Part shown: piece after piece, positions 35,840-49,625 of the stretch
Layout of the letters: each line of letters starts with the position of its first letter
How positions within the stretch are numbered: the first letter of the stretch is position 1
Assembly: GCF_006345805.1 (NCBI RefSeq)
Contig: NC_043001.1
Coordinates: forward strand, 63,488,001-63,552,000
DNA from: Octopus sinensis
Taxonomy: Eukaryota
Direction: 5' to 3'
Length of the DNA stretch: 64,000 nucleotides
Notes under the pieces: model-generated
Databases searched by the model: none
What the model was told of the DNA's origin: nothing
What the model saw: only the letters and a program-made list of their open reading frames with translations
Program-made: the position numbers and the translations under genes

Positions 35840-38800
35840 CCATGACACTACCTTAGCCCTTTCAAACGGGTCCACCATACCACCTCTTTCGCTACAGCCA
35901 CTAGGCAAAGGAAAACTGCCTTGCCCTCCCGGTTAAAGGAGGTCGGCGGGGCAATCTTCACTATAGATTCAGCAGAAGCCGGATCCGTCCTATACGCGAC
36001 AGTAGCTGTTCGACATAAACCTATAGTTCAGCAATACTCGGACACTGGACGAGTGCGTGCAGAACGGTTTCGTCGTCCTGGTAGCATCTCGGGCAGGTCC
36101 GGCTGACGGCACTTCCGTACCGGTAGAGTTTATCCCAAACAGGCAGTGCCCCTCGGTAGCACTGCCAGGCGAGCGACCTCTGGAAATTATCCATTGGCCC
36201 CGACCTGAAAGTTCTTCCGAACAGACCGCTCAACTCGATATCGTCAACGCCTAGAGTTTCCCCGAGAACGTCGTCGCACTTTTCTTCCACTAAACCTCTA
36301 TAGAACGCTAGAGTGGAACTACTACCGGTCGCATTTCCCGCATGGTGGAGGGCCGAGAGAGCTTGACGGCACTCGAGGTGCCAAGCACCCTTTGTCGGTC
36401 TGCGTTTGATCCAGGTTTGCAGCTCTGTCAAAGAGACAAGCTGCGGTAAGTTGCGTCTGACAAAAGACGACCACACCTGTTCACCGTCTAGGAAACGCTT
36501 GAGATGCCGTAGCCTGAGCGCATGTCTGCGCATCAGTAACCACGGCATGCCAAGGCCTCCGCTCTGCGGTCGATGACAGCAGATGGATCGCCTGACCAGT
36601 GGTACCTGACCCTTCCACAAAAAGTCGAAGAGCAAGCGCACCAGCTTGGTCAACCAGCGGTCGGGACAAGGGACGACGGTCAAGCGGTAATAGATGACGG
36701 ATGCGATGTACGCATTCGCCACCTCCGCTCGACCTTTCAAGGACAGCTTCCTCTCGGCCCATTTCTGGGTGAGACGTGCCCCCCTGCTCGTCACTTCTTC
36801 GCAGTTTTTATCCACCTGGAGGTCTGGACCGAACCAGACCCCGAGCAGTTTAACGGGTCCGTCTGTCCAGCGCCCTACGACACTGTTGGACGGCATGAAC
36901 TTGCCTCTCCAGGTGCCCAGTTGCAAGCTCACAGACTTTTCCGCGTTAAGTTTTGCCCCTGTCACCGCTTCGTACTCGTTTAGCGTTTCGCCGATCAGGT
37001 TAATATGCCTGTGGCTCGACACCATCACAGTGAGGTCGTCGGCATAGGCAGACACGCTGTTTCCACCTCCTAGATCGCGCGGGATACCCCTCAAAGCCTC
37101 TAACTTGCGCAGTCAATACGTACAAGAGAGTCAATACGTACAAGAGGGAGGAGAGAGGGCATCCTTGGCGGACCGAACGTGAGATGTCAAACGGCTCTGA
37201 AAGGTGACCGTACACCCGTATCACCGAGCAGATGTTGCTGTATAAAGCAGTGATCCACCCGCGGAAGATATCGGCAGATATCGGCCTTTCGCAGCACTCT
37301 GCCTTGCTGTCCGAGAGTTGCGGTAGGCCGTCCAGGTACACACCGAAGTCTGTACCGTTGTACGCCCCACCGTTCGTCCCAAACAGTTGAGCAAAGTGCC
37401 GCTGAAACACCGCACACATCTGCTTCGGTTCGGAAACCTCGCGCCCTTTCTGGTCCACCAAAGACCGAATGGTCGCTTTGTTGCCACACTTCGCCTCCGC
37501 CACGCAGGCCCATCGAGTGGCCTTAAGTCCCCTCCCCGCTTAGCGAACGCGCCTTAGCTCTGACAACGCAGCCTTCGTGTTTGGTGTCAAAGTGTTGGTC
37601 GAGAGCCAACCTAGCCGCCAACACGTCGGTTGCGATGCCTGTCTCAAGAGCCTCGTCTAGTTTTCTAACTAAATCCCGCTCTGTTTTCCTATGTTCGACA
37701 GCTAGAGCCTTACTAACACGGAGATAGAAAAATCTCGTATCCGCCGAAAAGGGCCGCGAGTTCCTGCGGGTCGGAGAGCTTGGTTTCATTAATGGCTGCT
37801 ACATCCACGCTCTGAGACCTCAGGTCGTTTAACAGGTGGCCCTGTTTCCAAGGTGACACGAGGCCTCTCACATTTAAGCAACCTATTCTGAGTTTAGTCA
37901 TGTTTTTTAAAGGTTCAGAAGGAGAAAAAGGCTCTACTTACTGTTGTTGTATGGTGGGGTGGCTCCTTTGTGCTTTTGCACGGGTATTTCCACCAAGTTT
38001 TTATAGAGTTTTTTTGAGAAATTTCTCCCTAGCGACCCGACATCGTTAGGGAATTTCTCCTTGATTTCGTTATATTTTGATTCGTTTATTGTTATGGTAA
38101 GAATGTGTGCTGGTGGTGTGTTGTGCGTTGATATAACAAAATTCGTGATTTTAGTGTCTGTGTCTTGTTTCAGGTGTGTGACAAGTTGTTCATTTTTTGT
38201 GCTTATAGCTGTAACGGTGTCTGTGTGTGTTGGTGTGTGTGGGAGTAATGGTGGCGAAAGCGTTGTTGTTTGTTGTTGTGAGTGCATGTTGTTGTTGTTG
38301 ATGTTGGGAAGCTCTATTTGTTCGTGCTTCCCCTGTGTGTTATGTGTGTCTTTTTGTTTTTTACGTCTTTTCTTCTTCGGTGGCACTGTGTGTCACTCCC
38401 CTTTCTCGCTATCAGTGCTCGCACAATCCGAGCTAACCTGATCTGGAAAGGGGACATTTATCGGGTCCGTTTCCACAGTTAGTTGAAAATCATTAATATT
38501 CGTAGGAAACAGTGCTGTTGCTGTAATTGTTGGTGTCGGTGACGGTGTTGGTGCTTCCTTCTGCGTGGTCCTTCTTGGTATTGGTGTTGGTTTGGTGGTG
38601 GCTGGAGGTGGTGTTGCTCTTCGTTGTGGTGGTAATAGTGTTGGTGGTGCGGCAATTTTTGGTGTTTCAGGTTGTTGTTGTTGTTGTTGTTGTTGTTGCT
38701 GCTGCTGCTGCTGTTTCTTTTTTTTCTGCCTCCATTCTTTGCTTGTAAATGTGGCAGTCTTTCTTCAAATGGTTTTCGCTGCTGCAGAGGTAGCATTTTG

Positions 38801-39933
38801 GCCTTCGCCCTCTACAGTAACGTGCAATCTGGTGCCGTCCGGCAAATTTATGGAATCAGGCATAGAATTTATATTTCTTGCTGGATCTGTGTCAGCAGCT
38901 GTACTCCCATACCTGACCAGTTCTTCTCTCGCAACCTGCGTACATCCAGAATAGTGGCAGTGTCCTCTATGTCATAGAGGACAGCTGCCACCAGCCAAGA
39001 TATACTCAGCTCGGGTGGCACCTGGTCAATTTTGATTTTTGTTACTCGCCGACCAAGGTATGTCGGTACGAGCAACAAACTTTCTGTTTGCAAGGGCGAA
39101 ATGGCATGTTTCCTTGCATCTTCCTCCGTTGGGAATCGAACCTCCACGGTTAGCTCTTTTGACCCCAAATGGGCTTCAGAGCTATTTCCATTTCTTGTGG
39201 TGTGGCATTGGTTATTTTTCTGTATTTTCTTTCGAAAATCTTATAGATTATTGTTTTTCTGTTTTTGTTTCTTGTATCAGTTCTTGTGGTGTATTCAGGA
39301 ATATGCTGTTACCTTGTTTCTTCAATAAACTTTTAGCAGTTTTGATTTCTTCCATCGTAACTTTTATTTCCTCCGAGATCTGCTTGGCAGCGGAGGTGAA
39401 ACCGTTACGATGTTGTTAAGTTGTGTTGTTGCTGGTGGTGGTGTCATTGTTGATGCTGTTCATTGCTTTTCTTTCCTCCTTCTCCGGTACTGGAGCATTG
39501 GTGGAGGGAAGAGGAGGGAAATCTTTAATGACGTCAAAAGTGACGCTTTCTTTTGTATGGTCATTTTGAACGCTGCACGTTCCGGCACGTTCTTTCGAAA
39601 ATTCTTTGTTGCCTTTCAAGGCACGAAATGGGCGGTTTGGAGCCGTCTTCGAAATGGTGTGTGTTTGCGGAGGGAGTGGTGTTGGAAGAAGGGAACAGCT
39701 AACTGCTCGCTTCAAAGACATTTTTGTTAAAATATATGTGTAAAAATTTAAAAGTTCAAACTGAAATTTTACCCCTAATGGGATAAAATTTTGCCTAACC
39801 AACTAGCTCCACAAGAAGTTGGTTGAGTTGGCCACACAAATATCGAAAAATATGTATACTTTTAGACAAATTTCCAATAAAATTGGTAGAAAACTTACGG
39901 AGCCTCCTGAGACACGTCCACTCGTTGGAGAAA

Positions 39934-39934
<1 letters not shown>
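35840..39934 (-). mobile_element. Tx1/L1-like element, same family as element A, with two internal deletions in ORF2 (element B)
   Basis: ORF1 at about 37934-39720 (MSLKRA..., CYLCSSENHLKKDC). ORF2 start at 37901 (MTKLRIGCLNVRGL) with the endonuclease cut near 37715. RT 36021-37094 (SAYADDLTV, CPRC...HALVQC). The 5' end abuts (AAT)n at 39935. Confidence 0.9.
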
Positions 39935-39994
<60 letters not shown>

Positions 39995-40076
39995 CATAAT
40001 AATAATAATAATAATCATAATAATAATAATAATAATCATAATAATCATAATAATAATAATAATAATCATAATAATC

Positions 40077-40114
<38 letters not shown>

Positions 40115-40142
40115 CGTAATAATCATAATAATCATAATAATC

Positions 40143-40213
<71 letters not shown>

Positions 40214-41525
40214 TATAATAATTATAATAATTATAATAATAATAATAATAATTATAATAATTATAATAATAATAATAATAATAATAATAATCATAATCAT
40301 AATCATAATCATAATCATAATAATAATCATAATCATAATCATAATCATAATAATAATAATAATCATAATAATAATCATAATAATAATCATAATAATAATC
40401 ATAATAATAATCATAATAATAATCATAATAATAATCATAATAATAATAATCATAATAATAATCATAATAATAATCATAATAATAATCATAATAATAATCA
40501 TAATAATAATCATAATAATCATAATGATCATAATGATCATAATGATCATAATGATCATAATGATCATAATAATGATCATAATAATGATCATAATAATGAT
40601 CATAATAATGATCATAATAATGATCATAATAATGATCATAATAATGATCATAATAATGATCATAATAATCATAATAATAATCATAATAATAATCATAATA
40701 ATCATAATAATCATAATAATGATCATAATAATCATAATAATGATCATAATAATAATGATAATGATCATAATAATCATAATAATCATAATAATCATAATAA
40801 TAATCATAATAATCATAATAATCATAATAATCATAATAATAATCATAATAATCATAATAAACATAATAATAATCATAATAATCATAATAATAATCATAAT
40901 AATCATAATAATGATCATAATAATCATAATAATGATCATAATATCATAATAATCATAATAATGATCATAATAATCATAATAATCATAATAATGATCATAA
41001 TAATGATAATAATGATCATAATAATCATAATAATGATCATATAATGATCATAATAATGATCATAATAATGATCATAATAATGATCATAATAATGATCATA
41101 ATAATGATCATAATAATCATAATAATAATCATAATAATAATCATAATAATCATAATAATCATAATAATGATCATAATAATCATAATAATGATCATAATAA
41201 TAATGATAATGATCATAATAATCATAATAATCATAATAATCATAATAATAATCATAATAATCATAATAATCATAATAATCATAATAATAATCATAATAAT
41301 CATAATAAACATAATAATAATCATAATAATCATAATAATAATCATAATAATCATAATAATGATCATAATAATCATAATAATGATCATAATATCATAATAA
41401 TCATAATAATGATCATAATAATCATAATAATCATAATAATGATCATAATAATGATAATAATGATCATAATAATCATAATAATGATCATAATAATGATAAT
41501 AATGATAATGATAATAATGATAATA

Positions 41526-41587
<62 letters not shown>

Positions 41588-41618
41588 AATGATAATGATA
41601 ATGATAATGATAGTGATA

Positions 41619-41650
<32 letters not shown>

Positions 41651-41660
41651 AATGATAATG

Positions 41661-41695
<35 letters not shown>

Positions 41696-41912
41696 GATAA
41701 TAATAATGATAATAATAATGATAATAATAATGATGATAATAATGATAATAATAATGATGATAATAATAATAATAATGATGATAATAATAATGATGATAAT
41801 AATAATGATGATAATAATAATGATGATAATAATAATGATGATAATAATAATGATGATAATAATAATAATAATAATAATAATGATAATAATAATAATGATA
41901 AAAATAATAATG

Positions 41913-42163
41913 CATCCCTGCAAGAAGTGCAAAAGATTGTCTTAACTGGTACATCACACGTATTGAGAAGAGCATTGTCGATGTGAGAACTGTTGCTGCT
42001 CATGCATTTTAATTTAACTTTAAAAAAAAAATTTTTTTAAATGAACGAACTACTGAGTTTGGTTTAATGGCCTACGAATATACACTATGAGTTTCTTTGC
42101 CCTAGGAGTCGAGAAGACACTCGGCAAGAAATGGAAGAAAATTTGCAAGAAGAAAAAAAAAAG
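41913..42163 (+). mobile_element. Severely 5'-truncated copy (~250 bp) of the 23400-27220 Dong-like element
   Basis: Matches about 26980-27220 (CATCCCTGCAAGAAGTGCAAAAG...GGCAAGAAA). Confidence 0.9.
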
Positions 42164-42451
42164 TAATAATGATAATAATAATAATGATAATAATATAATG
42201 ATAATAATAATAATGATAATAATAATAATGATAATAATAATAATGATAATAATAATAATGATGATAATAATATGATGATAATAATGATAATAATAATGAT
42301 GATAATAATAATAATAATGATGATAATAATAATGATGATAATAATAATGATGATAATAATAATGATGATAATAATAATGATGATAATAATAATGATGATA
42401 ATAATAATAATAATAATAATGATAATAATAATAATGATAAAAATAATAATG

Positions 42452-42702
42452 CATCCCTGCAAGAAGTGCAAAAGATTGTCTTAACTGGTACATCACACGT
42501 ATTGAGAAGAGCATTGTCGATGTGAGAACTGTTGCTGCTCATGCATTTTAATTTAACTTTAAAAAAAAAATTTTTTTAAATGAACGAACTACTGAGTTTG
42601 GTTTAATGGCCTACGAATATACACTATGAGTTTCTTTGCCCTAGGAGTCGAGAAGACACTCGGCAAGAAATGGAAGAAAATTTGCAAGAAGAAAAAAAAA
42701 AG
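42452..42702 (+). mobile_element. Second truncated Dong-like 3' end (tandem duplicate of 41913-42163)
   Basis: Same truncation point and sequence. Period about 539 bp. Confidence 0.9.
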
Positions 42703-42896
42703 TAATAATGATAATAATAATAATGATAATAATAATAATGATAATAATAATAATGATAATAATAATAATGATAATAATAATAATGATAATAATGATGATA
42801 ATAATGATGATAATAATGATGATAATAATGATGATAATAATGATGATAATAATGATGATAATAATAATGATAATAATAATGATAATAATAATGATG

Positions 42897-42976
<80 letters not shown>

Positions 42977-42979
42977 ATA

Positions 42980-43900
42980 CTAGATGTCTAGCAGAAGGGT
43001 ATAGAAAACACTCCCAAAGAACTAAGGACCATCTTGTTATTGAAAAAGCGATCGTAACTAATTTCCAAAAAATAAACCCCTCAGTGTGGTCAATATAAAA
43101 AGTGGAATATTCCAAGATCCATTCTCACCATTACGCTCTGTGATCGATTTGGTTTTATTATCAATGATCTTACGGGAGGCAGATATTAGCTGTCAGATTA
43201 GGACCTAATAACAATCATCTACTTTTCATGGATGCGCTGAAGCTCTTTGGCAGGAATGAATCACAGGTTGTTTCACTGGTCAGAACTGTTCTTGATGCTG
43301 TAAAGACATTGGGATGGAGTTTGGTATTGCAATGTGCGCCACCATGACTATGAAGATAGGTAGACGTGTACGCAGTAGTGGATTGAGTTACCTGATGGAG
43401 AGTCAACTGGTTACCCTGAGGAGAGTGGGCAAAAATATCTGGAGAAAGGTAGACGTGTACGCAGTAGTGGATTGAGTTACCTGATGGAGAGTCAACTGGT
43501 TACCCTGAGGAGAGTGGGCAAAAATATCTGGAGAAAATGAAAAGAAACGCGAAAGAAGTCTAATTGAACAGGCTAGAGTTGCCACTGAAAACGAAGGTGA
43601 ATGGGAAAATTTTGATTACTGTTATCAAGATCTGTGCTGGTTATTAGATATGGTGCAGCCATTTTGAATTGGACCAAAGAAGAGACAGGGAAGTTCGATG
43701 GGTTAACGCGATGGAAAATGGCTGACAATGGTGAAATGCATCGAAAGGCAAATGTTATAAGGCTATATACACTGCAGAAAGGTGGAAGAGGACTTATACA
43801 CGTGAAAGATTGTGTGGCAAGCGAATGCAGGATTTTAGATTTGTATTTGCCAGTTGTAGAAAACTTTTATGATATGTTGGATAATGCAGTCCTTAATACA
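42980..43900 (+). mobile_element. Highly degenerate R4/Dong-like RT fragment with an ~89 bp internal tandem duplication
   Basis: Remnants QKGYRK, SGIFQD, FGIAMCATM, RYGAAILNWT and GGRGLI. Duplication at about 43358-43446 and 43447-43536. Confidence 0.6.
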
Positions 43901-44648
43901 CTACATCTGTAATAAAAAAAAAATGGAGTGGTCACTGTTGGTACGTCTTTGATCAAAACTCGCATGACAAAAGATAACAACAACAATAAAAACCTCTTTA
44001 ACTAAATTAATGGATGTTTCTTGTTTTATTCTTTTCTTGAAGGTCTTCATAGTCTAGAAGTAAATATTTCTATGGAGAATGAAACTGTTCTCCAATACAA
44101 GTCACCGTCGTTAATGAAAGGTAAGATTAACAACTGGTCTCCTCCTCCTCCTCCTCCTCCTCCTCCTCCTCCTCCTCCTCCTCCTCCTCCTACTACTACT
44201 ACTACTACTACTACTACTATAGCCACTAAAACTAACTACTTACTATACCATACAGTAGATAGTGTAATTCTAGATACATTATGTCTGAATGAAAAAGAAG
44301 AAGAAAAAGAAGGAAAAGAAGGAAAAGAAGGAAAAGAAGGAAAAGAAGAAGAAAAAGAAGAAAAGAAGAAGGTAGAGGTGTGTGTATTGAATGACTTCAG
44401 AGCCGCCTTAGAATCAATCATTGTTGGTCCCTGGGCAAATCAATGCACTGGACCCTATAGTATATATTTATTTTATTTACAGTAAGCCACAACATACATA
44501 GTTCAAATTTGAGTCCCTAGACCCTAGGTCTCCTTGGACCAATGTGCCGATACCTTAAGACGGCTCTTAATAAGTTGAAATTCACGTCTTTAGAAATTGT
44601 ATTATTGTTTATAAACTTTTTAATAATTGTCATATTTCGGGATGGTCA

Positions 44649-44970
44649 TTTTTGTTTTTGCTAAATAAACACACGCACTAACTGTTCGTTCTTCACTTGT
44701 TTATTATTGTTCTTATTTTATATATGCCCATTGTCTGGAAATCTTTCGTCCCACATCTGTGACCTCTTCAGTGACCCTTTCCATTCATGTGTATCCTCCT
44801 GCTCCGCCTAGTCCAGGAGTAGGAGGATACATGTGGATGGAAAAGTCATTGAAGAGGTCACCGATGTGTGACAAAAGATTTACAGAAAACGGACATGTAT
44901 AAAATAAGAACAATAATAAACGAGTGAAGAACGAATAGATAACGCGTGTGTTTATTTAGCAAAAAAAAAA
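44649..44970. mobile_element. Fold-back MITE (~320 bp hairpin)
   Basis: ~150 bp imperfect inverted arms: TTTTTGCTAAATAAACACACGC ... GCGTGTGTTTATTTAGCAAAAA. Confidence 0.8.
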
Positions 44971-45129
44971 AATAATAATAATAACAATATCTCTTTCAAC
45001 ACACGGTTTCACATCAGGAATCTTGAAAAACAAATTCATAAACGTAAATTTTTAATAATTGGATAGTGTAAAAAAAAAAGGGAGTAAAGATTCTTCCCGA
45101 GTTATATAGACTCTCTGGGCCTGTTTCCC

Positions 45130-45330
45130 GGGCGTATATATTCCCCACCTGGACGGGACGCCGGTCTGTCGCAGAATACTCATTTTTGTCAGCTGAGTAG
45201 ATTAGAGCAACGTGAAATGAAGTGTTTTTCTTAAGAAAACAAGGTGCCGCCCGGTCCAGGAATCGAAACCACAATCTTACGATCATGAGTTCAACATCTT
45301 AAAAACTAAGCCAAGTGTCTCTTCTCATTG
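45130..45330 (-). mobile_element. tRNA-derived SINE
   Basis: Minus-strand head with GGTTTCGATTCC B box. Similar to 14700-14817. Confidence 0.65.
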
Positions 45331-46996
45331 GATAGTGTGGTCCTTCATATTTTATGATTAGAAAAAAGACGGCATGGCTACCGCTGGAACATCTTTGATC
45401 ATAGGTAAGATAGATGAAGAAGTAAACCGCAACAGCAGCGACAACAATATTTGTTGTTATTTTTAAAATGTCATGGTTTTGCGGGAATGTATCATGGTGT
45501 TCATACTATTCTTAGGAACAGCGTTGGCAGTTTAAAGGAAGTAAAGTAAAGGCTCAGTAAGAGACAAAACAACAACTGATGATGATGCTACGAAGAATAC
45601 AATTTTATAAAACTAATACTCAAAGATTACGTGAGGAACTATTTTTGAAGACGAATACTTTGGAAACAAAGCAGGCAGCCGTGTGGAATTTATGAATTAT
45701 AGAACTTCTATATCCACCCGGCAGTCTAAAAACTTGGTAGGAGACAGAAGATATGTTTTAGGTTTTGCACCCAAGGTTATCAAAGGTTATTTAAAAATAG
45801 TTTTATTCTTGGAATGGCTTTAAAAGTATTTAACTTTAACGAACCGGAAACATCATATATTCAAACTGTTGGTTCCTAAATGTGTAACTTCAAAACTCAT
45901 TCAAACAACATCTATAAAATTGACTCAACATTTTATTGATATTAATATTAAGTTCTAACACAACACCATAAATGCAGAGGGAGGTACATGTCGATTTATA
46001 GTTTCCAGTATTTTACTGGCACTTACTTATCTTATTTTCCCTGGAAAATAAAAAGCAAAATCACCTTCAGCTGGATAGGAAACCAGAATATAAGGGGACA
46101 TAATCAAACCCCCTTAGTCTGTTACTGAACCCTTTCTGTCAGTCTACTGCCCAGTATCGGCTGAGGCAGGATTTTAAGGTCAGTTATTGAGATAGTGTAC
46201 ATAATGATTGCCCGTAATAACTCCCATTGATAGTACAGTGTATTTTGTGTCTTATAAAAAGAACAATTTGCGATACTACAAAATAAAACGGGATAATTAC
46301 AGGTGGAATGTTTTTGATCATCGGTCTGTTCAAATAGGTTTGACCTGCGGATAAAAACCAATAGCAACGACATCAAAAACTAATGCCAGGTTATTTTTAT
46401 ATCTTTCCAGAAACCATGGGAAGAAATCTTAACTTTCGACTAAATAATGAATATGTCAGCTTTATTGAAAATACTGAGGGTTTGGAATAAAATGAACAAG
46501 TTTCGGGCTAATGTGAAATACAAAGAGTATTTGTTCAAAATAAACATCAACATTTAAAAAGTAAAAGATAAAAAAACAACAAATACATTACTCAAAATGT
46601 TTGTTTCATTTAATTATCATTGTTGGTGGGTGATGGTGGGAGAATATAAATTGCATTTTAAAACTAAAAGAAACATTAATTCCTGACGTCTGCCCGATAA
46701 ATGTGATTCCATGCCTTTGTATCATAGAACAAATTTCAGTTTCATCGTTTTTCGTTCCTTTCTGAAAACCATCATTATGATTGCTCCTTCCTCATCTTTT
46801 CTCTCTCCTTCTCTCTCTCCCTTTCCCTTTCATTCTCTCTCTCCTATCTTTTACTCTCTTTTCTTTATTTTGATCACAACAAAATATCGAACATAACTTT
46901 TGTACTTGGTCAGAGTTTTGATGTACAAATTTGTTCTCAATAAAATTGGATGATTCATTTTAAGTTGTCATATTTTTGTATCTGTTTATATTTCAG

Positions 46997-47071
46997 ACGA
47001 CATTGGAAAGACTCAAACACTGTCTGCTACTCGAAAGAAACGAACCTATGATGTCAATCACCAGAAAACAG
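46997..47071 (+). CDS. Candidate coding exon (phase 1-1) upstream of the Ig exons
   Basis: Acceptor TATATTTCAG, donor CAG|GTAACA, 75 nt, open frame DIGKTQTLSATRKKRTYDVNHQKT. Phase-compatible with the exon at 53941. Confidence 0.4.
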
Positions 47072-47589
47072 GTAACAATATTAATTCAATAACGAAATCA
47101 TTGACATCAATGAATGTGGAATAATTCAGTTGTATTTGAAACAGTTCATGTTCACCAGTTCTTGTTTGATCACATTTGATAGAATCGTGTGTGAATGAGA
47201 AGTTCTGCACTTCTTTGATTGCTTTCTCATCAAAGACGTGATTAATTTCGTTTTTTTTGTTGTTGCTATGACTGCCCCTGAATATCCATAATTCTCCTCG
47301 AAGGCAACTCAAACAGCAGCATGTAAACACCGATTATCATCTTTGTATGAATTTAGTTTTCCTTTCCAGAGTCAAGAATGTCTTTAATCGCAATATATGA
47401 CAACCTGGATTGGAAGATTGGTCATGGCCATAACGCTATGAGATGTCTTCTGTTTCTTAAGTCGCAAACTCTCCAGTATCGTTTATCCTGTAAAACTGGG
47501 TATTCCATATTTAACTATATACTATGTCGAGGTTTACCCTTTCTTTATTTTTTTCTCCAAAGTCACATTCCTCTGGATTATTCTCACAG

Positions 47590-47800
47590 CCTATGTCTTT
47601 TCATCCAACATTAGTTTCAAATTTTGGCACAAGGCTAGAAATTTCGAGGAGGGGTAAGTCGACTGGTATTTACTTTACCGATCCCGAAATGATGAAAGGC
47701 AAAGTCGATCTCGGAGGAGTTTGAACTCAGAACGTGAAGGCGGACGAAATGCCGCAAAGCACCTTGTCTAGCGTACAAACAATTCCGCCAGCACGCCGTT
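47590..47800 (-). mobile_element. tRNA-derived SINE
   Basis: Minus-strand GAGTTCAAACTCC B-box-like motif. The body matches the plus-strand fragment at about 62497-62620. Confidence 0.6.
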
Positions 47801-48695
47801 TCTTCTCACCCAATATTAACATAAAATAAACTGAATATATACAACAGACGCAATGGTTTTAGTTGTGTTGTTGACAAGCTAGGGGAGATGACTTCAGGTA
47901 AAACGTTGGGGAGTGGGAGTTAAAGAGACTTGATCTGAATGCTTGTAACCGAGTGACCTCTACTAAGGGTACTCAAGAACCAGGTGACATTAAAGCAGAT
48001 GAAGCAACCAGATATTGTCCTGTCAAAGGCTTCCAAATAATTTTCCCCACAGGGCTATGATATAAGACACTTAGCCAAATGACCAAAAAACGAGATCGAA
48101 TCAGGAATAATGAGATTACGAAGCGATCTTCTTAAGCACACGTCTACGTCTTCCAGACGCCTTCTGATATTCTTCAAAATTAAGAGTAGTTATTTCTTTT
48201 GTTGCGTTATTTCATGGAGGTCGTTCACCATTTGTTGGTAGAACAGTGGCATCGCCTGTCACTAACTCGTTTAAGAGATAGCTCAGCACACGCGTGCAGG
48301 CACAGAGTGGGAAAGAGAGGAAGAGAGAAAAAGAGAGATTTGATCTAATACTACTGATGTTTTAGCAACAACACACACACATTCACACACACGCGTATGT
48401 ATACGCACACATAATGCACTTACTTAAAATATACATATATACATATACACGCAAAACATAAGAATACACACAGCATATACATATACATACGTACGTATAC
48501 ACATATATACAAACACGCTCGCATACACACACATACTCACACACGCACACATACGCACGCACACACGACACATATATTCATATATTACACAACGTTACAC
48601 ACAATCTACTACTATTCAATGTTGTTCAGCATACTAACTCTGTAAAATATCTCTACATGGTGTATAAGTGAGAATGGACACGCGTACACACACTT

Positions 48696-48747
<52 letters not shown>

Positions 48748-48964
48748 GCACGCACACGCTTGCATACACGCACTGGTAGACACCACAAACACCCACATAT
48801 ATGTAAGAATGAATGCAAACCTATTATGTATGTCTAAATATGCGTATGAATGCATATATGCGTACAAATAAATACAGATGTATCATGTACATCTATATAT
48901 ATAAGAACGCACACATCTATATATACAATATATATGTATATATATAATATATATATATATATAT

Positions 48965-48997
<33 letters not shown>

Positions 48998-49296
48998 CTG
49001 ATAGAGGGGAAGAAAGAGAAGAATAGGGTTCTAAAATCAAATTCTCCTCGTAAATATAGAATTGTTGCCAAAAATAAAATTCTCTGCTCATTTCACTCTA
49101 AGTTGGGTTAACAACTCTTCAATCTTTGGCGTTTCTTTCCCTGCCCTCAACATATTTCTTGTTGTCGTTGTTGGTAATGGGTTTGATTTTTCATATCACA
49201 TACGCATACTTACATACACACACGCACGCGCATGCACAAACACACATTCACACACACATGTATCGTATACATTGCAGCTCAAAGCTACGTATATGC

Positions 49297-49380
<84 letters not shown>

Positions 49381-49625
49381 GAAGGTTTGGAGATGATGTA
49401 CAGGTATTATATATTAGAAGAAATAAGGTAATCAGAAGTCTGGAGTTCATTGTAGTGGAGTCTTCAGATTGTGAAGATTCAGAATCTGAAGACTCCACAA
49501 GAGTGGACGCAAGCGCTAATATATGATTTATTAAAACATGTGACATATTAATAAATATCTGTAAATATAAAACCATCAAGATTTCTGAGTACCTTATTTC
49601 TTGTAATATATATATATATATATAT

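Larger units (their letters stand above)
39935..42975 (+). repeat. ~3 kb compound trinucleotide array (AAT with CAT and GAT variants)
   Basis: Read directly. Shifts from AAT/CAT to AAT/GAT patterns and is interrupted by two LINE 3' ends. Confidence 0.97.

Noticed and set aside
35823-35845. A11 run at the truncated 3' end of element B, suggesting premature polyadenylation
   Set aside because: No clear upstream AATAAA and no target-site duplication. A short A-run is common in this AT-rich sequence.
39803-43115. Long poly-Ile/Met/Tyr/His ORFs
   Set aside because: Translation artefacts of stop-free trinucleotide repeat frames. The same applies to the TA, CA and CTT microsatellite ORFs elsewhere.
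45374-45530. Possible first exon or signal peptide for the Ig gene (MATAGTSLII|GTAAGA at 45374-45404; MVLRECIMVFILFLGTALA at about 45473)
   Set aside because: The first is phase-compatible but not a signal peptide. The second lacks a donor in the required phase. Unresolvable without transcripts.
49483-49522. Minimal hammerhead-like string CTGAAGA-C-TCCAC(AAGA)GTGGA-C-GCAA-GCGC-TA with a 15 bp inverted duplicate upstream
   Set aside because: G10.1 and A13 are mismatched and stem I is only 2 bp. It may be a decayed Penelope-type terminus but is not supportable as a ribozyme.
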